Translations under genes and position numbers: made by a program | The notes under the pieces: generated by a model | What the model saw: the letters and a program-made list of their open reading frames with translations, nothing else | Databases searched by the model: none | Told to the model about the DNA's origin: nothing | From: Candidatus Heimdallarchaeota archaeon | Lineage (GTDB): Archaea; Asgardarchaeota; Heimdallarchaeia; Hodarchaeales; Hodarchaeaceae | Assembly: GCA_048881705.1 (NCBI GenBank) | Contig: JBHLSH010000099.1 | Span: forward strand, 1 to 10,495 | Length of the DNA stretch: 10,495 nucleotides | Direction of reading: 5' to 3' | Shown: positions 1 through 7,503 of the stretch, piece by piece | How the letters are laid out: every line of letters starts with the position of its first letter | Numbering within the stretch: the stretch's first letter is position 1

Positions 1-291
1 AATACTATCCTTGCAAATCTGATTGGCGTCCTATTTGGTGTGTTTATGTACTTTCCCACTTTGATGGAGGTACCCATTGCCCGGATATTTTTGGATCTTG
101 GTATGGCTCGTGGACCATTGTTAGCATATCTTTTAGCAGACCCAGAATTGTCTTTGCAGAGTATTCTTGTGACTCGGAAATATTTGGGGGATAAAAGAAA
201 TTCTTTTTACGTTATCTTGGTCGCAATACTCACTTCTCTTGCTGGGTTAATTTTTGGTCTGTTCTTAGGTCAAGGAATTGGTTTATGGTGA
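1..291 (+). CDS. Permease, DUF318/ArsP family, C-terminal part (5' truncated by window edge)
   Basis: Frame 1 is open from base 1 (NTILANLIGVLFGVFMYFPTLMEVP...). The MYFxTLxEVP, GMxxGPxLAxLLAxPxLSL and final hydrophobic helix match the C-terminus of DUF318 permeases. It is followed by a small thioredoxin, as is typical of these loci. Confidence 0.85.
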   Translation, partial: NTILANLIGVLFGVFMYFPTLMEVPIARIFLDLGMARGPLLAYLLADPELSLQSILVTRKYLGDKRNSFYVILVAILTSLAGLIFGLFLGQGIGLW

Positions 292-397
292 CTCATGACG
301 GGATTGAGGTTTAAAAAGATGAGTATAACAAAAACTGTGACAGAAGAGATCAACTCGTGTTTCATGAAATCAACGGTGATGTATAAATCAAAAGAAT

Positions 398-403
398 GGA
401 GGT
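398..403 (+). promoter_or_regulatory. Shine-Dalgarno-like GGAGGT
   Basis: GGAGGT lies 3 nt before ATG 407 and 9 nt before ATG 413; the spacing favours 413 as the start. Confidence 0.6.
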
Positions 404-406
404 TTA

Positions 407-661
407 ATGGAAATGACAAGAGTGTTAGAGGTTTTTGGACCCGGTTGCGCAAAATGCAAGGCATTGAAAAAAAGCACTGAGGAAGCAGTTGAAAAACTAG
501 GCTGGCACGATGCGAAAATTCTCTATAACACTGATATGGCCAAAGTAATCCAAAGGGGAATTACTGCTACCCCAGCCTTAGCTGTTGATGGAAAAATAGT
601 GCTATCTGGTCGGTATCTTCCTGCCAATAAACTTGTAGAATTACTTCAAAGAACTGAATGA
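407..661 (+). CDS. Small thioredoxin-like redox-active disulfide protein (MTH895 / Thioredoxin_3 type)
   Basis: LEVFGPGCAKC (CxxC), GITATPALAVDGKIVLSGRY, 82-84 aa, directly after a DUF318 permease. Confidence 0.9.
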   Translation: MEMTRVLEVFGPGCAKCKALKKSTEEAVEKLGWHDAKILYNTDMAKVIQRGITATPALAVDGKIVLSGRYLPANKLVELLQRTE

Positions 662-685
662 ACCTATCAATTGAATGAGATTAAA

Positions 686-934
686 ATGACTGGTCCCAAA
701 GTTGAAGTGTTCTCTCCAGCTGGAGCTTGTGGCTGTTCATTTGCTGTGTGGATTGAAAAGGTCTGGAATATCCTTATGAAATATAAAGACCAACTTGAAA
801 TTGTGAGTCTGACCTCAGATTCTCCACGGGCATATGAACTTGGCGTGGGTGGTCGAACTGTTGTGATCAATGGTACCGTCACTCCTGTTTTGTCCCTTGA
901 GCGAAAAATCCAAGAACTACTAGGAGAGAATTGA
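686..934 (+). CDS. Small thioredoxin-fold protein with CGC motif, ArsD-like N-terminus (alternative TTG start at 671)
   Basis: VEVFSPAGACGCS at the N-terminus and a GVGGRTVVINGTV strand/turn pattern like glutaredoxin/ArsD folds. Family assignment is by eye only. Confidence 0.6.
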   Translation: MTGPKVEVFSPAGACGCSFAVWIEKVWNILMKYKDQLEIVSLTSDSPRAYELGVGGRTVVINGTVTPVLSLERKIQELLGEN

Positions 935-952
935 TGTGAGATGATGCCGACC

Positions 953-976
953 AATGAATAATGGGTCCTATTCATT
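953..976 (+). other. Perfect 8-bp hairpin AATGAATA-ATGGGTCC-TATTCATT after the permease/thioredoxin operon
   Basis: Direct reading; 18 nt after stop 934. No U-tract follows directly, so its function is uncertain. Confidence 0.5.
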
Positions 977-1051
977 ATAGAGAACATAATTATAAGTTGA
1001 TTAAGAGATTTAATCTTTCAAAATCGAAGTTTTAGGACCAAGAAAGCTAGA

Positions 1052-1137
1052 CATTGAACTTCGTCCTGCGGAACCGTGACTGCTCTGTTTACGCGCAGAT
1101 CTTGGAATCGATACCGGTGCATTTGCTTTCTTTTTAA
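1052..1137 (+). pseudogene. 3' fragment of a wHTH regulator paralog of 4226-4912
   Basis: Translates LNFVLRNRDCSVYAQILESIPVHLLSF* versus LNFIQRIRDCSVYAPLLESIQAQLPSF*. The TAA is retained; no N-terminal part or start is seen upstream. Confidence 0.85.
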
Positions 1138-1239
1138 CCTTGTATTTATAGAACACGTTGCATGAAAATGGGTGGGCCCTCACGTTCCTGGAAGGACTGG
1201 AAAAGTCCTTGGTAGCCATCTTTAATATATCGATTAGAA
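1052..1239 (+). repeat. Diverged direct-repeat copy of 4827-5014
   Basis: Ungapped hand alignment, 154/188 identical (82%), including 21 identical nt CATGAAAATGGGTGGGCCCTC (1161-1181 = 4936-4956). Confidence 0.95.
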
Positions 1240-1314
1240 TTTGTGTTTTCAACGAATTCTCCAGAAGAGATCATCAAGATAATTAGAGAAAAGATTCTTC
1301 AGAAAGTTCGATAA
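1237..1314 (+). pseudogene. 3' fragment of a paralog of the PH-like membrane protein 6922-7413
   Basis: Translates EFVFSTNSPEEIIKIIREKILQKVR* versus EFAFSTNSPDEIIKIIREKTFQKV*. 1236-1315 versus 7338-7417 is 73/80 identical and ungapped; weaker similarity continues to 1348/7447. Confidence 0.9.
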
Positions 1315-1361
1315 ATCAAGGGTCGGTACATACTCCAGTGAGATATACGCGAAATCCAAGA

Positions 1362-1374
1362 TTTTTTCTTTTTT
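1362..1374 (+). terminator. Archaeal-type oligo-T tract
   Basis: TTTTTTCTTTTTT, flanked by CCAAGA/TCTTGG inverted arms (1356-1384), downstream of plus-strand gene fragments. Confidence 0.4.
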
Positions 1375-1620
1375 CACTTCTTGGGGAGATGGAGGGGCAA
1401 TAATCCGACGATAATATTATATTATTGAGCGAGAGAGGTGAGGAAAACACTCGACGAAAAATGCCCATCACACTAGTTAGCTCAGTTCTGGTGTTTCAGG
1501 AGGGCTTTTATTGCGGGATTACAACTCAACTATTGATTCGTTCTGGCTTTATCTGCAACAAATAATCGAATTCTTAATCTTCGACCTAAAATTCAAGACT
1601 CTCAAGCCCAAATAAAGAGG

Positions 1621-1635
1621 GAAAAAAAAGCAAAA
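1621..1635 (-). terminator. Oligo-T tract after the SnoaL-like gene
   Basis: Plus strand GAAAAAAAAGCAAAA, i.e. a T-run on the minus strand starting ~15 nt after stop 1651. Confidence 0.45.
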
Positions 1636-1650
1636 GGGGTGGGACATGTT

Positions 1651-2076
1651 TTATGCAGTTAATTGTTTGATAATGCCCCCAACACCGCCATTTTCGGTAA
1701 CATTAGCGTACATTTTTGAAATCTTGTCCCCACTAAAAGTGATAGTTGCTTTTTCAGGAGGAAGTTCAAAAGTTCTGTTTGTAGCCGGGATCGGGTTGAT
1801 ATTTGGTAGTGCTAGTTTTCCAGTATGCTTTCCTGTAATTTTAATAGCATACGTGACGGTGTTTCCTTCTTCAGAGAAATTTGAAGGATTATACTTGAAT
1901 TCTGTAAATGCATTGGACATCGCATGTAAAAAACCGATGTAATTTTCTTTGTTTAACGGTTGTGGGACGGGTCCTTCAAAAACAAATTTCTCGGAGAGAA
2001 AAGAGTCCACTTTTTTAATATTGGATTCTTCCATCGCTTGAATAAAATGCTTAACCTGTTCAATTTGATCTGACAA
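1651..2076 (-). CDS. SnoaL-like ester cyclase / NTF2-like superfamily protein
   Basis: 141 aa with AF-x-xF, EEGNTV, ITGKHTG-L and IPATNR-xF motifs typical of the SnoaL ester cyclase family. TTG start with GAGGT 7 nt upstream. Confidence 0.85.
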   Translation of the reverse strand: MSDQIEQVKHFIQAMEESNIKKVDSFLSEKFVFEGPVPQPLNKENYIGFLHAMSNAFTEFKYNPSNFSEEGNTVTYAIKITGKHTGKLALPNINPIPATNRTFELPPEKATITFSGDKISKMYANVTENGGVGGIIKQLTA

Positions 2077-2631
2077 TTAACATACCTCTTTTATTTTCCA
2101 GAAATTGGTTTCATTTTAAGCAGTGTTCAACCTTATTTCGAAGACCCTAGAATATAACGAAAAAAAAGGATGCCTCTGTAGCGATATTATTACATACCTT
2201 TGGATGATGCTTAGAAAGGATGGATTTTAGGATTTACAATGTCGGCTGTCTTATAGAAGAATTCCTTGAAGAATAGACTTAATGAAAAAAAGAATAAGAA
2301 ATAAGATTATTCTAGAAATTTCGACTCGGGATTTGTTTTGATTGAGAACCAAGGAAGTTAAACCTCCTATTATCCGCCTATGAAAACTGTTTCTTCGACG
2401 ATAGATAAAGCTAAACAGCTATTTCAACACTCTTTTTGTGGTTACATTTTGGAAAAACACTCGTTTCGAGGTTCCCAATCCCCTTGGGACAAGGTTATTT
2501 GATCCAAAGACCAAACAATGACGAAGGGGTGCGCAACTCCTGATCAATAATATCTTGGCAGAACTTAATCAACAGAAAGATAATATGCCTTAATCCCCGA
2601 TTATGAAAAAGAGAGAGGAAAAACAGGAATT

Positions 2632-3996
2632 CTACCCTGTCACAGGATTCTCTTCAATTTCCACATCAAGGCTTACTGACTGGGGAGCTGGCTGCTGGAA
2701 GCGAAGAGCTAGTACGATCAATGACGTACCAGCAAAGGCTATCATTGCTATCATCAGAATCCCTGCAGACAATCCATTGTCTTCCACCAATCGACCTGCT
2801 ATAGGAAGAAGTGGGATCCCAACGATGGATATCAAGGAGGGAATGAGAGAATAGACAGAGTTACGATATTCTGAAGGAATGAGATCCAATGTCACCCGCT
2901 GTCGTAGAATATTTCCCAGATCAAAATTGATTCCAATCATGGTGTTCATTATCACTATCGTTAGAACAAAACCTATAATATTAAACTCATTATTTCCGGG
3001 AACAATATGTAAAACCAAAAGCCAAATCGAAAAAAAGGCGATCGTGTGGCCATACATAAAAAGGGGTAATTTCCTTTCAGAAAACCGTGTACTTAACTTT
3101 GCGGTAATATAAAAGCCGATGAATATGCCAAAAAAATAGATCAGCGTTCGCAACAGACTGGCTCCAGCATCATTTCCAGTATAACCGAAGTAAAGCGGAA
3201 AGAGAATTAGCCTCGCCCACACCATTACATGAACACTGTAGATGGCACTTCCCATCAGGAAGAAGAAGGCTGTTTTTGAGCTGAAAAGAAACGCGATACC
3301 ACCTTTGAGGTACGTGAAATATGTTAGCGTTTTTTCTGCCTCAGAAGATTCTTCCGAGGATTCTTCGGGAAGATCTTTCACGAGGATTAACACGCATATG
3401 ATCAAAAGACCTACCAAAACGCTCTGCAGTTGGAATACAAACGGTCGAGAAACCACTGTAGCGAGAGTTCCACCCGTTAAGAAACTTGTCCCATTCGCTA
3501 ACATGTTGAGTGAATTCACACGTTGCATTCCAAAGCCATAAATTTTACGGTCTGGGTCTACGTCTGCACCAGCCCCTTTCTTATAGTTGTTATCTATCCA
3601 GGTTTCAATGGCTCCCGATGACTGGGCACCCCCGAATCCATTGAACAGAGCAACAAGCATGAACTCTGGTATAGTGTCAGCTGTGACTGTGAGAAAAATT
3701 GCTACCCCGAAAGATAAGTAAGCGAGCGTTAAAACCCATCGTTGACCGATCCAGTCTCCTAGGGATCCACAGGGATAATCAAAGAGCAATCGAATAAGTA
3801 ACATAAACGAAGTGGCTACTGCTGCTGCTGCAAATCCAATTGCATCAATTGTATACAATATAAAGAATGTGGAAGCTAATCCAAACGTTAAACTGATAAT
3901 AAACCGAACGATGAGAAATGTACGGAAAATAGATTGAGCTTCGGCGGGTAATTCCGCGGTTCCTAACAATTTATCGATAGATTGTTTGACAAACAT
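2632..3996 (-). CDS. Major facilitator superfamily transporter
   Basis: 454 aa, about 12 hydrophobic segments in two halves, MFS motif-A-like FDYPCGSLGDWIGQRW, SGAIETW motif, acidic central loop. Confidence 0.9.
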   Translation of the reverse strand: MFVKQSIDKLLGTAELPAEAQSIFRTFLIVRFIISLTFGLASTFFILYTIDAIGFAAAAVATSFMLLIRLLFDYPCGSLGDWIGQRWVLTLAYLSFGVAIFLTVTADTIPEFMLVALFNGFGGAQSSGAIETWIDNNYKKGAGADVDPDRKIYGFGMQRVNSLNMLANGTSFLTGGTLATVVSRPFVFQLQSVLVGLLIICVLILVKDLPEESSEESSEAEKTLTYFTYLKGGIAFLFSSKTAFFFLMGSAIYSVHVMVWARLILFPLYFGYTGNDAGASLLRTLIYFFGIFIGFYITAKLSTRFSERKLPLFMYGHTIAFFSIWLLVLHIVPGNNEFNIIGFVLTIVIMNTMIGINFDLGNILRQRVTLDLIPSEYRNSVYSLIPSLISIVGIPLLPIAGRLVEDNGLSAGILMIAMIAFAGTSLIVLALRFQQPAPQSVSLDVEIEENPVTG

Positions 3997-4225
3997 TTTA
4001 AGATCCTTCTCTGCAAGGTCGGAGTATTTTGTTTAGTTTTTATGACATGTTTACCATTTGAATATCGATTGAATGGTGAATTGATGACGCTTCTAATGAG
4101 ATTTGAATAGTCTTTAAAAAGATTGAGGTTCAGGCCAACCAAATAGAGTATACCGATTAGCATGTCCACCCTCCCGACCTCTATTGCGAGGATAGCACAT
4201 TTATCCGCTTTGGAAACAGGAATAA

Positions 4226-4912
4226 GTGCCAATGTCTAAACAAAAAAAAGCACAAACGAACTCCTTTCCCGAAAGACGAATCCTTTACGAATATAAGCCG
4301 CAAACTCCATATAAATTTCTGGACAGTGACCCTACAGAAAAAAAGGAGTCTACTAGAGTACGAAATGCAATCAAGAATCACTTACGAATCGGGTTGCGTG
4401 AAGAAGATGGTCGCACTCGCTTTGCGCTAAAGGCTCAGGAAATCCAGAAACTTCTGCGAAAGCACAATAAAATTTCAATTACCACCACAAATATCTATTT
4501 CCATCTCAAAAAACTCGAAGAACAAGGCGTCATCGACAAAGTTGCCGTATTGAAAGAAAACCGAGCAAAGATTGCCTATTATGGACGGACTGCCAAATTT
4601 TTCATCAATTCCAAACCAGTAAGACAGAAATATGAAGCCATGTTTAGGGAGCTTCAAGCATTTATTAAAAAACTCAACCCTTCGGCACCAGAACTCAATT
4701 TTTCTGATCTAGCAACAGAACTGGCGAAGTTAGATCGTCAACGGGAAGAGAGAAACGCTTCTTGGATGATACCTTACGCTGACCTGTTAGCCCAGGAAAA
4801 AATGAACCTTTCCCATATCTTCGACTCATTGAACTTCATCCAACGAATTCGTGACTGTTCTGTTTACGCGCCGCTCTTGGAATCGATCCAGGCACAGTTA
4901 CCTTCTTTCTAA
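4226..4912 (+). CDS. Winged helix-turn-helix transcriptional regulator (ArsR-like fold) with helical C-terminal domain; ATG 4232 is a likely start
   Basis: TTTNIYFHLKKLEEQGVI recognition helix followed by the wing KVAVLKENRAKIAYYGRTAK; divergent from the MFS gene. Confidence 0.8.
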   Translation: MPMSKQKKAQTNSFPERRILYEYKPQTPYKFLDSDPTEKKESTRVRNAIKNHLRIGLREEDGRTRFALKAQEIQKLLRKHNKISITTTNIYFHLKKLEEQGVIDKVAVLKENRAKIAYYGRTAKFFINSKPVRQKYEAMFRELQAFIKKLNPSAPELNFSDLATELAKLDRQREERNASWMIPYADLLAQEKMNLSHIFDSLNFIQRIRDCSVYAPLLESIQAQLPSF

Positions 4913-5014
4913 GCTTATGTTTATGAAACACATTACATGAAAATGGGTGGGCCCTCGCGTTCCTAGATGCATTGGAAAAATCCTTGGTAACCATCTTTAC
5001 TATATTGATCAGAA
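4827..5014 (+). repeat. Counterpart of repeat 1052-1239 (wHTH 3' end plus downstream spacer)
   Basis: 154/188 ungapped identity by hand alignment. Confidence 0.95.
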
Positions 5015-5017
5015 AAA

Positions 5018-6643
5018 TCACTTAGATGAACGAACCATTTTACGCGCTTCTATCAGGTAATCTTCCACTCTTGCCTGTTGTAACCTTTCCTGTAGCGTCG
5101 CGTTCTGTGATAATAGCTCTTCCCATTTCACGAGTTCTTCTTCCAGTTTTTTTTTCTCCAAGTCTACTTTTTCGATAAGGGTTCCTAGGTTTTTTTCCGC
5201 AGCAGTTATCCGTGCCTGATCGAGGTATTTTAATGCCCGTGGTAAATCCCCACTGATAAGTGCAAACTTCATTCGTAAAAGTAGGGCGGTTACCAACAAC
5301 GAGAACGATTTCTGATCCTGAGCAAGGGTGTATAATTTGTTTATCGTGTCTTTGGCTTCCGCAAATACTTCTGACCCGTTATAATGTTTCAGTTCTTCGA
5401 GCTGCAGCTCGCAGAGATGAGTGAGGATCAGAACAGTCAACTCATAATCGATAATTTCCTCCCTGGCAAGTTCCGCTAGCAAGTCTTGTGCCTGGCTTTT
5501 ATCCCGAAGTCTTTCGCCTTGCTTCAGGAGCAGTACTCTGGCCACCCGGTTCCGTAGCTGGATGATTTTTTCAGGGGTGTCTGTTTGAAGCTTCTCTAAC
5601 CTAGACTGGTATTGCCGAGCCCGTTCTTGATGCTCCTGATTCAGCGATAAGAGAAAAAGTTGGAAAAGAGTATAAGATGTTAGGAGGTCATTTCCTACCT
5701 GCTCGTTCAGGAGTAACGCCCGCTGGAGATAATTCAGGGCGGTGTCTAGCATACTTTTATCCCGGTAGATTTCCCCAATACCGACCAGTAATGTGGAAAC
5801 GTATGCTGTATTTCCAATTTCCTCCAATAGTTCCAAACTCCGCTGGAGATAACCCAGTGCAGTATCCAGCATTCCCTTATCGTGATAGATATTTCCAATG
5901 TTGTTCAACGACACGGAAATGAATAATGGATTCCCTGTCATTTCAGCTTGGGCCAAACTCTGCTGATAATACTCCAATGCAGTGTCTAGCAATCCTTTAT
6001 CGTGGTAGATAAGCGCTATGTTGTTTAACGACGTACCAATATCACCTGGATTCTCTGTTTCCTTCCGTAATGTTAAACTTCTATGAAAATAATCCAGCGC
6101 AGTATCCAGCCTGCCTTTATTGCGGTAGATATTTCCAATGTTGTTCAACACCATCGCAATAAGCATTTGATTCCCCGCTTTCTCAGATAATGCCAAACTT
6201 TCCTGGAAATTTTCCAATGCAGTGTCTAGCGTACCTTTTTGCCAATAGATTTGTCCTTTCACATTATAGTATAGTGCCACCCTGTCCTTTCCGTGCTCCT
6301 TTTCAACATCTGTGAACGCTTCTATTAGCTGTTCTCCTTCCTTGCTGGCTGCTAGTCCCTCATCCAGTAGCCCCAGCCGCATTAGAGCATATAATTCTGC
6401 TACCAGTAGAGAAAAAGTGGGTAATTTTCCCACCGTGGGAGATAATTCTGCTCGGGCGTTTTTTGCCACACTTAACGCTTTATCGAACTCCCCCAAGGCT
6501 TCCAAAGCCCGACTCTTGTAATACTGTTGTTCGATCTGCCTGTTCAGAGGTGCTTTATCTAGTTCAGCTTTTCTGGTCAGCTGTTCCAGTACTTCCTGGT
6601 ATTTTCCCTTTTCAAAGAGCTCTTTCAAGTCTCTCTCTTTCAT
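5018..6643 (-). CDS. Tetratricopeptide repeat protein (40-aa TPR_12/MalT-like repeats) with C-terminal coiled coil
   Basis: Five 40-aa units with the consensus LNNIGxIYxxKGxLDTALxYxQxSL; the C-terminus IEKVDLEKKKLEEELVKWEELL is heptad-like. Confidence 0.92.
   Translation of the reverse strand: MKERDLKELFEKGKYQEVLEQLTRKAELDKAPLNRQIEQQYYKSRALEALGEFDKALSVAKNARAELSPTVGKLPTFSLLVAELYALMRLGLLDEGLAASKEGEQLIEAFTDVEKEHGKDRVALYYNVKGQIYWQKGTLDTALENFQESLALSEKAGNQMLIAMVLNNIGNIYRNKGRLDTALDYFHRSLTLRKETENPGDIGTSLNNIALIYHDKGLLDTALEYYQQSLAQAEMTGNPLFISVSLNNIGNIYHDKGMLDTALGYLQRSLELLEEIGNTAYVSTLLVGIGEIYRDKSMLDTALNYLQRALLLNEQVGNDLLTSYTLFQLFLLSLNQEHQERARQYQSRLEKLQTDTPEKIIQLRNRVARVLLLKQGERLRDKSQAQDLLAELAREEIIDYELTVLILTHLCELQLEELKHYNGSEVFAEAKDTINKLYTLAQDQKSFSLLVTALLLRMKFALISGDLPRALKYLDQARITAAEKNLGTLIEKVDLEKKKLEEELVKWEELLSQNATLQERLQQARVEDYLIEARKMVRSSK
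5681..6280 (-). repeat. Five 120-bp TPR coding units with DNA identity at a 240-bp period
   Basis: Identical blocks at 5886-5909/6126-6149 (24 nt), 5973-5990/6213-6230 (18 nt) and 5859-5870/6099-6110 (12 nt). Confidence 0.9.
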
Positions 6644-6921
6644 TGCTCTCGCAGCCAGTTTTGTTTATAGCTCCCATAAAAATGTCTTTCTTATGGGTTT
6701 ATTGTATTAAAACGATTTATTCTCAACCCCAAGTTTATCTACTAAAGGACAAGGGGAACAATTTGCGTCAAAATAATAAATCGCTCTAAATGAGGTATTT
6801 TATGTAAGTTTTTACATATATTATCTCTAGAATGCAACGATTTAATGCAGATAAATCTATAATTTTCCTCTGAATAAATCTAATAAGGTATTACAACATT
6901 CTATTAATTGACGAAAAAGAT

Positions 6922-7413
6922 ATGATACCCAATACTCTCTATACGGAAGAAATTAAGTCAAGAACCACATTCTTTGGTTCGATTATACTCATATTAACTT
7001 CTCTTTTTATATTATGGTGCCAATCCTTCATAGAATCATTCCATCATCCAATCCTAAATGACATATACATAATTATTATCGTGATCTGTCTTGTCATGAT
7101 TAACTTTAGTAGAATGACTATTAGATTAACATCCCGAGAAATAATTATTAGATATGGAAAATTTGGTCGCACCGAGTCATGGCAGAATGTCAAAGCCGTC
7201 ACTTACGATGAAACGCCCATGATTGGATATCTCGGATGGGAAATTAGAATAGTAAGATTTAGAGGAAAGTGGAGACTAGTTTTTAATGTAATAGGGAAAA
7301 AATGTGTTATCCTCCATTTAAACCAAGGTAGATTTCGAGAATTTGCGTTTTCAACGAATTCTCCAGACGAGATTATCAAGATAATTAGAGAAAAGACTTT
7401 TCAGAAAGTCTGA
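6922..7413 (+). CDS. Membrane protein with two N-terminal TM helices and a bacterial-PH-like domain (DUF3093/DUF6141-like)
   Basis: Two hydrophobic helices, then IRLTSREIIIRYG, GYLGWEIR (compare YGGWGIR), FNVIGKKCVILHL and FAFSTNSPDEI. Family assigned by eye. Confidence 0.7.
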   Translation: MIPNTLYTEEIKSRTTFFGSIILILTSLFILWCQSFIESFHHPILNDIYIIIIVICLVMINFSRMTIRLTSREIIIRYGKFGRTESWQNVKAVTYDETPMIGYLGWEIRIVRFRGKWRLVFNVIGKKCVILHLNQGRFREFAFSTNSPDEIIKIIREKTFQKV

Positions 7414-7447
7414 TAAAGCTCGATCTCATATATACCTCAGGATATAC
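7338..7447 (+). repeat. Counterpart of repeat 1236-1348
   Basis: 73/80 identity over 7338-7417; shared GATATAC at the end. Confidence 0.9.
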
Positions 7448-7503
7448 TTTTCTTAACCTAACCAACGTTATACGACACCTCGTGCCATATCAGTAGAGAA
7501 TAA

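Noticed and set aside
360-369. Palindrome TTTCATGAAA in the permease-thioredoxin spacer
   Set aside because: A 10-bp AT-rich palindrome inside an apparent operon is expected by chance.
295-480. ORF in frame after the permease TGA (possible readthrough)
   Set aside because: No Cys/Sec-type context, the permease C-terminus already looks complete, and the ORF overlaps the thioredoxin gene in another frame.
1478-1492. tRNA D-arm-like TAGCTCAGTTCTGGT
   Set aside because: No AGAGC closure, anticodon stem, T-arm or acceptor stem could be built.
4936-4975. ATGA...GA in the conserved spacer as a eukaryote-like SECIS
   Set aside because: Helix II cannot be formed, there is no apical AA, and the adjacent genes have no in-frame UGA.
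6579-6599. AGCTGTTCCAGTACTTCCTGG in the TPR 5' end resembles the element core
   Set aside because: It needs a 3-nt gap, lacks the other blocks and lies in intact coding sequence (QEVLEQL); probably chance.
7456-7462. ACCTAAC as an integron attC R'' box
   Set aside because: No complementary GTTAGGT/GTTRRRY downstream and no L boxes; no integrase in the window.
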